From a virus (Duplodnaviria > Caudoviricetes), in IMG/VR virus record IMGVR_UViG_2896262711_000007, positions 15,784 through 79,783 of that record: a DNA stretch of 64,000 nucleotides; one strand, given 5' to 3'. The notes beneath the pieces are model-generated. The model worked only from the letters and a program-made list of their open reading frames with translations. It was not told the origin of the DNA and searched no databases. Shown one piece after another: positions 22,001-29,962 of the stretch (its first letter is position 1; every line of letters begins with the position of its first letter). The position numbers and the translations under genes were made by a program.

Positions 22001-22661
22001 TCTCTGGCTGGCGACCGACAAGACGCGCGCTTCAACCTTCGAAGCGAACGTCAGCACGGTCGGCGGTGGGGCGCGTTATGCAGCACCGGAGGACATCCAA
22101 CGGGCGTGGGACGCCCTATCCACCGCGCAGCAGGCCGCTGCGGTCAAAGCGGCCGGTTACGACGGTGGGGTTGACGCGGGTCTCAACGCCTGGGTCCGCC
22201 TGGGTCACGCCTCCTCCTTCGAGGCGGCCGTGCGGTCTGCTGCTCATGGTGCCGGTGTCCCAGGCTTTGCCACCGGCACCATGTCTACCCCGCCCGGTGC
22301 CGTGTGGGTGGGTGAACGCGGGCCGGAGCTGCTGTGGCAGGGCGGCGGCGCGGCGGTCGCGGCGTCGGTCGATAGCATGCGGATCTACGACATGTGGCAG
22401 TCCGCGGCCAACGACCGCGTTTCGGCCGGCATCGCAGACCGTGGCTCGGCGCCGCAGGCACCGGAGCGCTTCGACCTGTCCCCGCTGGTCCGACAGGTCG
22501 CGGAACTCACCCGTGAAGTGAAGGAACTTCGGGCCGAGCGGAACAAGGATGCCCGCCGGAAGGAAGCTCTCGACGAACAGGCCATCATCATCAACCAAAC
22601 CGGTCATGAGCGCACGGAAACTGCGCTCCGCCGGCAGAGAGACCGGGACCGCGCGGCATGA
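13005..22661 (+). CDS. Tape measure protein with internal lytic transglycosylase (SLT) domain
   Basis: 3218 aa, Ala/Gln helical; SLT motifs IAKIESGF, GAMGVMQLMP.TA, AYNAGP (~17560-17930); two PGFATG..VGE.GPEL motifs. Confidence 0.9.
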   Translation: MPDAVLSVGIETSETERGSRVFRREMADMANSARDGMSAVDRYNTSLGAGGSATDLFAKQTATMAAGIKALEGNLATSTRAVNDLSLKFDVVRQAAKNAVTSLQDFGRTKFTGDVTAQMNRLAEDMTRAMDAGGKGAVSAARAAQKEILTLARQQADEQLAAVREAAQKRIAGAQEEYERIRELHKGAKTEIAAQERAAAQQALEQAKASAASDIATTKAANSATLNELKARTNEIIALKQRESVVQSEYERGLGAVAKAEQQLDGALTRLIATEKAHATQAAANSQDNERLLAVVRRGTEVRKASTAAITAETAALRSHADATQQSGRYSVSNGGLLAANVPAPASVKPVPASQSATDLEQEKVDVIALTDSLDKLILRHDYESAAIARRNEALDTLHAARKAGIIDDEDEYDRLRKLITGDAAKADALSALKNQYSGVSEAQRRYTAEVERATKILDAAGASDEDRAAILHEVAQAYDPTIAAQKKAMEDAERLAAENDRLAASYTSLMGSIDPAIRRQAAYEQALAQVVAYHTSIGSSTEAMAADMDRVKNAMSPAAIEAQKEADAVTKLLDRLEPTAKKSRELAADQELLRKAMAAEGADVAKLTAAMEKLNAEQDRLGKKMSKGEARMNQQVLGSVGVNTVQSLASGIPLETVAMTQGTQLLTLLQGGSVALLGYAAAAVATIGPVVALGIAVKNYTGSLRELDRVNRLTGNSSGMATQQIVAQADAAAAAAGISRSAARDLETQYAGTGRIGGQMLGEVTKATKDWATATSQDMDSASKDLAGMFTDPARAAEELTKKYGFFSDAQLQVIKNYQAQGNLEQAQARLLDGISSRTKGAAENVVWYAKAWEKVSKVVSDASDASARLFVDQESAAEKARRLTNELTIQRTSRGGIVNDRTTGPLPQMVTRITGGRGGGVRTLEGSNDAWKRLELMNAEEMNRRQLQMSSTQKNAADARRLEAQLMDFVRATDPSINAAQSFANAEKLVNEAVAKNPALQDQATRALGIYKQQLIEAIDPAKVFAIEMERQARVMEAAAGRARDFEQQRQAVLQKRGAQPGDSLTAAETADINQGLDRKYAAEATDRHRTAEEAITDARTLAAAIASLSQPAIIAAQAQAAYNKVIRETTDATHPLGDVQAAQQAQQDALTKSTIEWSAQVDASVATASLAVAASQRLAAAQAKGGDIAMAQAQAQNVYAENIARGVDPTRALALAQADLSKSVATLAGQQAAWNRDMLEQIDAAHRLALAESVSSAAVAEAAIQNKTRAQALKEGVGLESDRAQAIEAATRALEAQNAVARVNNSIRQGNQDLKVARAEYDLLGATNAERERSVAVLKATLEVQNSADWQAVPQATRDAWIAQAGAVAEYKSRVADATETSRDFANVITKGFEDALLGGEKLSSVFKALAKDIERVFLRSFVTKPMEGWIQGTMTKLLSPTPANDNMVKAVNDNDPGGYRAAFERLAGNAGVGSLGTRGNPMIVQFADGNAALNLSTATSGGPMPVAIKDGGQVVDMLRSEARAQGVPEDVVLAIAKIESGFKQYRDDGRVLTSDAGAMGVMQLMPGTAKWLGVDATDTQQNIQGGVKFLAMLGRQFGGNWTLTAGAYNAGPTRMTEHLRDGRALPAEAVKYMGDFGATIKSANTDVASLTARVTGATRATEGVTAAQESALQAQFDAIDAQKSSTSTVQTLNDSQQTLVDSVLGISHANENASQSAVSVANDLTSAAVGAVTFGDAAATGADSFLGSIKKLVSGASDFFGDILGIGQSSQQKVIKNSDGSTSFAPATKGVGGSWLSSPVFGQSESARPDSNFVGPMPGRAAEGIGGWNPSWGQVIQGIGGIASGAAMATQKGASVGQQIGGGLTAAGGIAAMIPGGQIVGGVMMAAGALLSAVTGAKDRGEKYSISHITLGANGKYALGSYAEDNGGDPTRFNSDATKVAKGLNDIIARLNLTATGKDSYIDSKNKSAEQAALDLLKGMRSGVPEIAYAIAHESAVILEDMLSHLEFANSFNNQVQSLRSSISDLFSQFQTGVEAGNTLGRTLLDFVNNAQTVFAVSSGAKLPGFATGTLSAPSGWAIVGEEGPELVRLSGGERIWNARESAQMLAAQGVGADTQLVHVRSDELAWMDRMLGGRRTNPTTGLPMYLEGDTGGVGDTGGHSGGGHNSNGSGPTGGENAATGSAYGSTADRDAAYGGGWGTSSGGGGGVIDTISGWVSAVTGWMSELAGWQADTAENTQAQTQTMAAVAGLGPTAVAAALSAAAQVAGTGLTGMLEALTGEKGTAAAVSHDYGDQTSAVSGTAGTIGERAVAANGGRGSFGAWQGASATEIDSTLKALADALKADPTGKLTTEMVGASRVGDPGSGGISVQQLADNPSWIMRNEVGDPSLALKELDTAAQQLLAATGAIPEVLQRALDGANATAASFGIPTATAARQVQEEAERQKAGKLEEQFNAVGLVRSRVSELNDIVTSLGNNTFNAVGKDFDALAGDMRKAADAYIAAGQAVPDGLYGAMKQMEALGAVKKRLMDEVSGVTVETSPEQKKVEQLRGKWSNTATDLVKAFASVGIVGDELAAKLNEGFANGLKKEQGDYSDTLNVAFRKSKGEEGYDSAATLIKSYKTAVDDVNVLWPEGAARAGQMAKVTGTLTNGMSGLVKSGSITSTSLQEIISNFSDMPEVVSAASTALQKLNDATAEAVKTFNSGVDSRMYAALGNSRGSGLITLDEQQRQELLKAKEDGRDTSQLIQVQAAERAAKAFELAQQDVLGSYDQQISAQQDLITNLQEGAVAAANVARQFRQAYDSLALNDNSPLSAYEKLVESRRQFEAAYTTATSSTATDTEKTAAQQLLQQLGPTVVQLANAYFANSDRTDYDRVRTVFDQLGTVPTNADLGTPEKQLQTAQDALKELQRQRAEAARIGERQYGAMTGLKDVMDQSYAVWQAALGPLKALTGTNDNTPRYSASAAVQTAWDGLSAEQQHGVARAMGWGGDIDSAFNLWLATDKTRASTFEANVSTVGGGARYAAPEDIQRAWDALSTAQQAAAVKAAGYDGGVDAGLNAWVRLGHASSFEAAVRSAAHGAGVPGFATGTMSTPPGAVWVGERGPELLWQGGGAAVAASVDSMRIYDMWQSAANDRVSAGIADRGSAPQAPERFDLSPLVRQVAELTREVKELRAERNKDARRKEALDEQAIIINQTGHERTETALRRQRDRDRAA

Positions 22662-24475
22662 TCCACCTTGTTGAAATCGGCTGCTACGTCAACGCGACGT
22701 CGTCGAGCACACACACGGTCGGGATGGGGCTGAAAGGCTTCGTCCTGGCCGCCGGGCCGCAGGCCACCACCTGGATGACGCTCCGGGTGGTGGCGACCGA
22801 CGGGTCCGGAGCATGGATGGAGGGGCTGGTGGCGTGGACGGATGCCGCCGGCTTCGCGCTCAGCGTCAAGGCCACCGGCGGCAGCGGTACCCACACCGGG
22901 TGGCGGCTCGCCGCCGGCACGCTGCGCTTCTCCAACGAAGAATACGACGACTCATCGGCACCTGGGCCGTTTGAACCGGTCATCACCCCGGAGGGCTATG
23001 CACAGGGTTCCGTCAGCCTTCACGGCGACGGGAAGTCCTTCGGCGCGGCCGATGTCGAGAAGGGGTTGGTGAAGGTCATCAACGCCGGCCTCCGGGATCA
23101 TCTCCGCCGCTACGCCTATTTCGGCCGGCTGGCGCGGGAGTTGATCGTCACCGACTCCGATGCCGATTACAGCACCGCCACGGTGGTCCGGACCGGAACG
23201 GTTGAGCAGCCCGTGGTCAGCAAGGAGGATGTGCTGTTCCGCTGGCGTGGGAAGCTGTCCGACCTCGACAGCCGCTGGCAGGGTTCCACCTTCCCCGGCG
23301 GTACCGGCGCCGGCATGTCGACCGACGGCGCCGACGGGCTCAAGAACCTGCCCCGCCCCCGGCTTCGTGGATACCGGCCTCAGATCGAGCCGGTACCGAC
23401 GAACGTCACCGGTGATCTCCGGCAGATCAGCGACAAACGCATCCATGGGGTCGAGAACGGACGTAACAGGGGCGCGGCGATCACCGTCGGCGTGAAATGT
23501 AACACCCTCCAGCAGCTGAAGGACTCCGCCCCGACCTCCGGCACCTTCAACTGGTATGACGGTTCGGGCGGCGACGGAGCCTGGTGCAAGACCACTTTCG
23601 GCAGCCAGGGCGGCGTCTTCACCCTGGCTGCCTGGGAAGGCGCGACCGCAACCGACAGAACCCTCGCCCAGGTCTGGCGCCGGGTCCTGATCGAGGACTG
23701 CGGCTATACGGATAGCGACATCTCCGGGCCCGATGTCGTGGCGCTGGACACTGCCTGCCCGTGGGAGGCCGGTATCTGGGCCGGCACGTCGGAGAAGACC
23801 AAACGCGACGCGCTGAACGACCTGTGCGATGGCGTCGCCGGCTACCACGACGACGACCTCGGCGTCTGGCGGATCACCTTCGACGGTGCCACCGCGGGGG
23901 CACCAGTGCTGACCTTCCGGGAACTGGTCGATGACGATGAGGACGCGCCGCTAGGACACGTCCCTTATGTCGACCTGGAACTGGTTGCCAGCAATGATGA
24001 AAGCCGCGGGTTGCCGGTCTGCGCTGTCGACGTTCAGTTCGCCCCGCGCGACCGGAAGCTGGATGGCGGCGACCTCGCTGGTGACTCAACATCTGCAACC
24101 GATCCGGTCGGCGGCGCCGACATGCGGACCCAGCTCTCCAGTGAGTACCTGACGGAGACATGGCCCGCGGCCGGTAAGGACCAAACGATCATCGACCTGT
24201 GGGGGGAGCGGCGGCTCACGGTCAAGACCTCCCTCCGGTACCGGGCCGATGCCCAGGCCCTCGCCCAACGGCTATTCGCCATCCACTCCGTACTGAGGGA
24301 CCGCTTTTCCCTCACCTCCTTCCTCAATGAAGAAACCCTGGCCGCCCGGCCGGGCGCCTGTGTCGCAGCGCGATCCAGCCGGTATGGCCTGTCCGCCGGA
24401 ATGACCCTCCGCGTCAACGGGCGTGAACTGGATGGGCAGTCGATGAAATTGGACCTGATGGAGGTCGCAGTATGA
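22658..24475 (+). CDS. Tail tip/hub protein
   Basis: Coupled to the TMP stop (ATGA); 605 aa. Confidence 0.6.
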   Translation: MIHLVEIGCYVNATSSSTHTVGMGLKGFVLAAGPQATTWMTLRVVATDGSGAWMEGLVAWTDAAGFALSVKATGGSGTHTGWRLAAGTLRFSNEEYDDSSAPGPFEPVITPEGYAQGSVSLHGDGKSFGAADVEKGLVKVINAGLRDHLRRYAYFGRLARELIVTDSDADYSTATVVRTGTVEQPVVSKEDVLFRWRGKLSDLDSRWQGSTFPGGTGAGMSTDGADGLKNLPRPRLRGYRPQIEPVPTNVTGDLRQISDKRIHGVENGRNRGAAITVGVKCNTLQQLKDSAPTSGTFNWYDGSGGDGAWCKTTFGSQGGVFTLAAWEGATATDRTLAQVWRRVLIEDCGYTDSDISGPDVVALDTACPWEAGIWAGTSEKTKRDALNDLCDGVAGYHDDDLGVWRITFDGATAGAPVLTFRELVDDDEDAPLGHVPYVDLELVASNDESRGLPVCAVDVQFAPRDRKLDGGDLAGDSTSATDPVGGADMRTQLSSEYLTETWPAAGKDQTIIDLWGERRLTVKTSLRYRADAQALAQRLFAIHSVLRDRFSLTSFLNEETLAARPGACVAARSSRYGLSAGMTLRVNGRELDGQSMKLDLMEVAV

Positions 24476-25344
24476 GCAGCGTCAACGCGATCATCGGCCT
24501 CGACAGATGGACGAGCCAGTTCACCTTCGAAGCCGGCGGCGGAGCCTGGGATCCTGACCGGCCGGTGAGCAACATCGGATCGATGCCGCTCTACCGCGTC
24601 GGTCGGACGGTGAGCGGGAACGTCTCGGACACCGTGTTCATCGCCCGCAGCCAGTCCCTGGTGCCGGTCGGGCTGATGGCGTTTGTCGGGCACGACGCCG
24701 ATGCCTACGACACCTTCGATGTCGAGATGTTCTCCGACTACCAGATGCAGCAGCCAATCAACTCACTGATCGGAGAAGAGTTCTGGCCCCGCGTCTATGA
24801 CCAATCAGCCATCCCCTTCGAGCACGAGTCGTTCTGGACGGGAAAGCTGTCAGCCCGACAACGAAAGAAGAAGCGGACGCCGATCCGGCCGATTTGGATA
24901 CCGAGCCCGGTGCTGTTGCGATCGATCAAGGTGACGATGCGCCGATTTCAGCCATCGGTCGGCCCCTTCCGTCTCAGGATGTTCGAAATCTGCCTTGGTC
25001 ATCAGGTATCGATCAATCCCTCCTTCGGAATGAACTACGGGTTCAATTTCCGCACGACATCTCTCCAGGCCGCTTGTGGACACAAGGAATTCAATCGTCT
25101 CCCCAAGGCACAGACTTGGAAAGGGACCATCGACTACCTGCCAACCGACGAAGCGCGCCAGAGAATGTATGACGCGCTCGAAGAATACGATCTCGACACT
25201 CCGTTCCTATTTTTCCCATTCCCAAGTCGGGAAGTTGACTGGCTTCGCATGTGCAACTTCGTACGCAATACCGATCCCGGATCGTACCGGATCGTCGCTG
25301 GAGAGCATGACGAGGTTCCATTCAGCTTCGAAGGAGTTCTCTGA
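24472..25344 (+). CDS. Tail (distal-tail-like) protein
   Basis: Translationally coupled; position in the tail-tip cluster. Confidence 0.55.
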   Translation: MSSVNAIIGLDRWTSQFTFEAGGGAWDPDRPVSNIGSMPLYRVGRTVSGNVSDTVFIARSQSLVPVGLMAFVGHDADAYDTFDVEMFSDYQMQQPINSLIGEEFWPRVYDQSAIPFEHESFWTGKLSARQRKKKRTPIRPIWIPSPVLLRSIKVTMRRFQPSVGPFRLRMFEICLGHQVSINPSFGMNYGFNFRTTSLQAACGHKEFNRLPKAQTWKGTIDYLPTDEARQRMYDALEEYDLDTPFLFFPFPSREVDWLRMCNFVRNTDPGSYRIVAGEHDEVPFSFEGVL

Positions 25345-28300
25345 TGGTTCAACTTAGCGGCGCCACTTACAATAGCGCAGACTTCGAGAACTTTGGACAT
25401 GCGGAGAAAACAGTCGCGGGCTCCGACGGTCAGGTCCGGCAACGCTGGGAAAACCTGATGGTCGACGCGAAGGCCGAGATGGCGACCAGCGTCTCTGCCG
25501 CCGCATCTCAGCAACAGCAGGCGTCAGCCTCTGCCACCGCCACAGCCGCCGACCGGCAGGCCGTCGCAATCGACCGTGCCGCGGTGGCTACTGACCGGTC
25601 GACGACCCAGAATCTGGTGACACAAGCACAGTCGTCTCAGACGGCCTCCGCCGCCAGTGCTGTCCTGGCGCAGCAGTTTATCGGCACCGCGACCAACACA
25701 ATCGTCCCGGCGATCAACTACCGGCTCGCGTCGGCCTGGGATGCGAACGGCCAGCCCACGGCCTATGCCTTGTCGGGTGTAGCCGCCGTCCACCGCTACG
25801 ATACCCGGCTCGATTGGGACCGCGGCGCGTGGCGCAAGGGCAGGCTGGCGCGTCAGGCGTCTTGGTACAATGAAAGCCTCAACACGGCGACGCGCGGAGC
25901 AAAGAAGGAATTCCCGGTGGTCGCGCTCGTCGTGACCTGTGCCACTCGCGTCATCATCTACGACCTGCACGACCTGGATGCGAATGCCAGCCCACGCATG
26001 TGGATGGTGTTCCTGATGGACGGGACGCGCGGCTATCGCGGATCGGGCAATAGCAACTCGTCCGCTGCCATGCGCGGCGGGTATCTGGTCATCGGTGACA
26101 ATAATGCCAGCTTCGGCGGGCTGTATCTCCACGACTTCACCCGCGACCGCAGCTGGATGTATGACCAGAGCAATCTGGTGCGCTTCCCCGATCCGATTGC
26201 GTCTCGCAATGTGGGTTATTCCTCCCTGCCTGCGGTGAGCGGAGGCATCCTTTCGCGGGCAATTTCGGGCGTCGATGTCCGCGTTCTGCCGGGCGCCCCG
26301 CTCGATCCTGTGACGCGCCTGCCGGTCCCGACGATTGCAGTGGCGACGGCTGGCGGCACGTCGGTAATCCACCCGACGGGCCTCATCGCCACCATCACGC
26401 GCGCCTCCGGGCACAACTCTGTGAGAATCACGCCAGACAACCGCCTCTGGCTCGGTGCGGCTGGTGCCGATGCCTTCGACGTTGGCCCCATTCCCTACGC
26501 TACCGCGGCGAATACTGCATGGCGCAGCGTCTATTATGACCAGGGCACCAGTGGCCTTAAGATCGTGACGGGCGGGGGCAAGAACCTGCTGGCCGGAGGC
26601 GCGGTGGCTGGCAGCGGCGGTTTGACCATGCTGGCTGAAGACGCCGCGAACCCGGCCAACGGCATGGTCAGCTATGTGACCAAGGACTTTGCTACGGGCT
26701 GGCTGCCGGGCGATACGCGCCAGTGCGCCATCACGGAGGGGGCGGGCAGCAATGGGGCCAGCGGCGGCGAACTGGTCGCCAACGGGACCAACCTCACCAA
26801 CACCGCCGGTTGGTCGCAGCGCAATGCGGCCACGCTGTCCGCGGTCAATGGTGCCCTGCGCGTCACAGCGACCAGCAGCACCAGTGGTCAGGGTGGCACG
26901 TACAGCCTCGCCACGACCGCAGGCGTGCAGCACACAGTGAGCTTCGACGTGGTCGGTGGCGGCAACCCCACCGCCTATTACTATGTGGACGTCACGGACT
27001 CCGCTGAGGCGACGGTCCTGTCACCCACTGCGACGGCAGCCGCCAACGGCGTGGCCGGCATACGCATCAGCTTCGTTGCCACCGGATCGGTGTCGAAGCT
27101 GCGACTGTTCACCACCTCCACCTCGGGTCAGTACGTCGATTACGCCAACATTTCCTGCCGCAAGACAGGCACGTTCAGCGACGCCGTGACTGGCAGCGGC
27201 GAGCTGATCGTCAACGGTGATGGCAGCAGTGCGGTTGGCTGGACAGGTGCCAATGCCACGCCATCCGTTTCCGGCGGCTACCTCTGCAACACGGCGTCAG
27301 CCGCAGGCGGCGTCATTTCTGAGAGCATCCCCACCATTCCTGGTCAGACGTATCTTCTGGCGGGGACTTACATGGCGGGCACGTCGTCGGCCGCCCGTGT
27401 GATTGCGGTTGGCGCCAGCACAGTGGAGGTCAATACCGCAGCGACCACCGCCACGCCGTACCAGCTGCAATTCACCGCGGCTGCCAGCACGACGCAAATC
27501 CAACTGGCTGTCGGTACGATAGGGACGGCCTTATTCAAGGTGTCCTGCAAGCTGGCCGTTCCAGATCGGAGCTACAAGAGCAAGGGGCTGATAGTCAACG
27601 GCACTCTGATGAGGGCGCCTGTCGCGACTGGGAGTGACCTGTATGCGTTGAGCGGTTGGTCGAATGGCTCTGGGGGTAATTTCCTGTATCGGCCCAACGA
27701 CAGCGATCTGAACCTTGCGACAGCCGATTGGGCGTTTATCGTCTGGTCGAACGATGGCGGGTCGGCAACGTATAGCCTGATGAGCTATGGGCCTACTGGC
27801 TCTCTCACTGGTTCTTCGGTAGGCATGGAGGTGTGGAGCGGTCTTGCCCGGCTGTGGGCTTCTGACGATAGCGCAGCCACCCAGGATCTGGCCTCTTTCT
27901 CGTTCGCCGGCCAATCCGGTTGGCGCATGTGGGTCGGGGTTCGGAGAGGCAACACGCTGGAATTGTGGATGGACGGCATCCGCAGGGCAACTGCCAGCAT
28001 CGTCAACGCCGATCAGAGCCTCACAAACGCGGCGGCGAGCATCTTCCTCGGGAAGAGGAGCGACAACGCTCCCGGTCTTGAGCACGAAGGTTCTCTGGCA
28101 CTTTCTCGGGTGTCCGTTGGCTACGCTCCCACACCCGCACAGATCGCCCGGATGTACGCGGACGAGTCGGCGCTCTTCCAGCCCAACGCCAAAGCCTTCC
28201 TGGGCGGCGCCAGCAACAGCGTGCAATCGCTTGCGCTGGATGAAGATGCCGGCTTGCTGCATGTGGGAACAGGGGACGGCGTGAGCCAGTTCGCGGGCTT

Positions 28301-28856
28301 GCGCCGTGTCGGCCGCCTCACCCAGGCGGCCGGAACCGCCTTCACCGTGCCCAGCGTGACCAGCCTGTCGGCCGGCGGCGGCGCGCTGCTGATCGGCACC
28401 GCCAGCGAGGCGGGCGTGGTGACCGAGCTGATGCCCGTGAAGGACGAACTGCGGCAGGCGTCCGTCGTGGCGAACAGCAGCGACCCGGTATTGACGGGCG
28501 TCACCACCGACGCCACCCCGCTGGATCTCGGCAAGATCTTTGTCGGGGAGGGCGAGTCCGTCCAGATCGAGGCGGACATCATGGCGACGGAGTATGGCCA
28601 GACGCCGACGGAGGGTGCGAGCTACACCGTGCGGGCGCGTGTCCGCCGGAACCTGGGCGGAAACGTCCAACTGGTCGGCTCGGCCTACCACGTCACGGTG
28701 GACGAAACCACGGCGACAATGGACGCCACCATCATCGTCGACACCACCGCGCAAGCCTTTGCAATCAACGTCACCGGCGTAGCGTCCAAGCGCCTGATCT
28801 GGCGTGCGGTCCTGCGCCTCAACTGGATCTCGGAGACCCGCAATGCCGCTGCTTGA
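25344..28856 (+). CDS. Tail fibre / receptor-binding protein with two CBM-like modules and a LamG-like domain
   Basis: Repeated GELV/IxNG...GW modules; WRMWVGVRRGNTLELWMDG LamG-like motif. Confidence 0.7.
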   Translation: MVQLSGATYNSADFENFGHAEKTVAGSDGQVRQRWENLMVDAKAEMATSVSAAASQQQQASASATATAADRQAVAIDRAAVATDRSTTQNLVTQAQSSQTASAASAVLAQQFIGTATNTIVPAINYRLASAWDANGQPTAYALSGVAAVHRYDTRLDWDRGAWRKGRLARQASWYNESLNTATRGAKKEFPVVALVVTCATRVIIYDLHDLDANASPRMWMVFLMDGTRGYRGSGNSNSSAAMRGGYLVIGDNNASFGGLYLHDFTRDRSWMYDQSNLVRFPDPIASRNVGYSSLPAVSGGILSRAISGVDVRVLPGAPLDPVTRLPVPTIAVATAGGTSVIHPTGLIATITRASGHNSVRITPDNRLWLGAAGADAFDVGPIPYATAANTAWRSVYYDQGTSGLKIVTGGGKNLLAGGAVAGSGGLTMLAEDAANPANGMVSYVTKDFATGWLPGDTRQCAITEGAGSNGASGGELVANGTNLTNTAGWSQRNAATLSAVNGALRVTATSSTSGQGGTYSLATTAGVQHTVSFDVVGGGNPTAYYYVDVTDSAEATVLSPTATAAANGVAGIRISFVATGSVSKLRLFTTSTSGQYVDYANISCRKTGTFSDAVTGSGELIVNGDGSSAVGWTGANATPSVSGGYLCNTASAAGGVISESIPTIPGQTYLLAGTYMAGTSSAARVIAVGASTVEVNTAATTATPYQLQFTAAASTTQIQLAVGTIGTALFKVSCKLAVPDRSYKSKGLIVNGTLMRAPVATGSDLYALSGWSNGSGGNFLYRPNDSDLNLATADWAFIVWSNDGGSATYSLMSYGPTGSLTGSSVGMEVWSGLARLWASDDSAATQDLASFSFAGQSGWRMWVGVRRGNTLELWMDGIRRATASIVNADQSLTNAAASIFLGKRSDNAPGLEHEGSLALSRVSVGYAPTPAQIARMYADESALFQPNAKAFLGGASNSVQSLALDEDAGLLHVGTGDGVSQFAGLRRVGRLTQAAGTAFTVPSVTSLSAGGGALLIGTASEAGVVTELMPVKDELRQASVVANSSDPVLTGVTTDATPLDLGKIFVGEGESVQIEADIMATEYGQTPTEGASYTVRARVRRNLGGNVQLVGSAYHVTVDETTATMDATIIVDTTAQAFAINVTGVASKRLIWRAVLRLNWISETRNAAA

Positions 28857-29508
28857 CGAATACAAGGATGACGGCGTGTGGCTGCGCCGGTGGCAGCTGG
28901 TCGCCGGCCGCCCGCGCTGCCTGCAGGATGCTGTGGCTCTGGATCATCCGGAGGCGAACGCCATTCGCGCCCGGAACGATCGGGTGCGCGATGCGCTCTG
29001 GATTGTCCGGGCCTATGAGGCGGCGCAGCGCCTGATCACGACGGTGGAGGCCGGCGACCCACTGGCCGAAACCATGGCCGTGCCGGTGATGGTCAAGGCG
29101 GTCCGACCCAACCCGGCGCATGCCCGCTACCTGGATGCGCTCGACCTGCTGACGGCAACCGCCGATGAGCCGCCGGAGCTGGTGGAGGTGGACGGCATGG
29201 GCGAGGTGCCCAACCCGGCCCGGTTGGCGTGGCTGGCAGCGCACGACGTCGTGGCGGCCGGCGAACCGCCGGAGACGGTGACGGTATTGGTGGACGGTAC
29301 GGAAGAGCAGCCCAACCCGGCGTGGGCAACCTACCAGGAGGCGCTTGCCCTGGTCGCCGATGCTGACGACAGCACCCGCGCTCTTGCTCTGCTGCGCGCC
29401 ACGGGCGAGCCGCCGGCCGAGCTGCTGGATGATGGTCAGCCCAACCCTGACCAGGTGGCATGGGATGCGGCGCTGGATCTGATGGAGGCGATCAATGCGG
29501 GTGAATAA
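28843..29508 (+). CDS. Fibre-associated protein with four PNP(A/D) repeats
   Basis: PNPAHARY, PNPARLAW, PNPAWATY, PNPDQVAW; GGAG RBS. Confidence 0.55.
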   Translation: MPLLDEYKDDGVWLRRWQLVAGRPRCLQDAVALDHPEANAIRARNDRVRDALWIVRAYEAAQRLITTVEAGDPLAETMAVPVMVKAVRPNPAHARYLDALDLLTATADEPPELVEVDGMGEVPNPARLAWLAAHDVVAAGEPPETVTVLVDGTEEQPNPAWATYQEALALVADADDSTRALALLRATGEPPAELLDDGQPNPDQVAWDAALDLMEAINAGE

Positions 29509-29962
29509 TCAGCTTGGCGTTCTCGCCGGCATGGGAGCGCCGACGGCCAGTGGCGAGTCCGCGCGGAAGGACGAGGTGGACGCCCTCAAGAACGGTGTCA
29601 CCTTCTCGGGCCCGGCCATCGTGGCGGATGCGCAGGGCGGCGGCATTGCCGGTGGCGCCACCGTCACCCCGGACGTCACCCCTCTGACCGGCAAGCAGTG
29701 TTTCAGCTACACGGTCAACGGCAACTGCACCGTTGGTGCCCTGACCGGTACCGGCGCGATGGCTGCCGATACGGCGGTGGCTGGCTCCATCTATCTGACT
29801 TTCACCGGCCCATATACCGTGACAATCGCCGCCTCCTACAAGTTGCCGAGCGGCGTGCAGAACAGCATCACCGGCGCCAACGGTGAGATTTGGCGACTGG
29901 ATTTCCAGTACCGCAAAACCGCCGGGCGCTGCTCGGCCGCCATCATCAAGGAGGCCACCTGA
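29495..29962 (+). CDS. Small tail fibre-like beta protein
   Basis: PT....ARK.EVD fibre motif; coupled ORF. Confidence 0.5.
   Translation: MRVNNQLGVLAGMGAPTASGESARKDEVDALKNGVTFSGPAIVADAQGGGIAGGATVTPDVTPLTGKQCFSYTVNGNCTVGALTGTGAMAADTAVAGSIYLTFTGPYTVTIAASYKLPSGVQNSITGANGEIWRLDFQYRKTAGRCSAAIIKEAT

Noticed and set aside
12984-22607. Long antisense ORFs (e.g. 12984-14999, 15789-18086, 18120-20129; likewise 2634-4208 and 58524-60236)
   Set aside because: Shadow frames of GC3-rich real genes; no motifs or RBS.
25344-28856. Diversity-generating retroelement or invertible fibre cassette
   Set aside because: No reverse transcriptase, no TR/VR pair with adenine-specific mismatches and no invertase seen.
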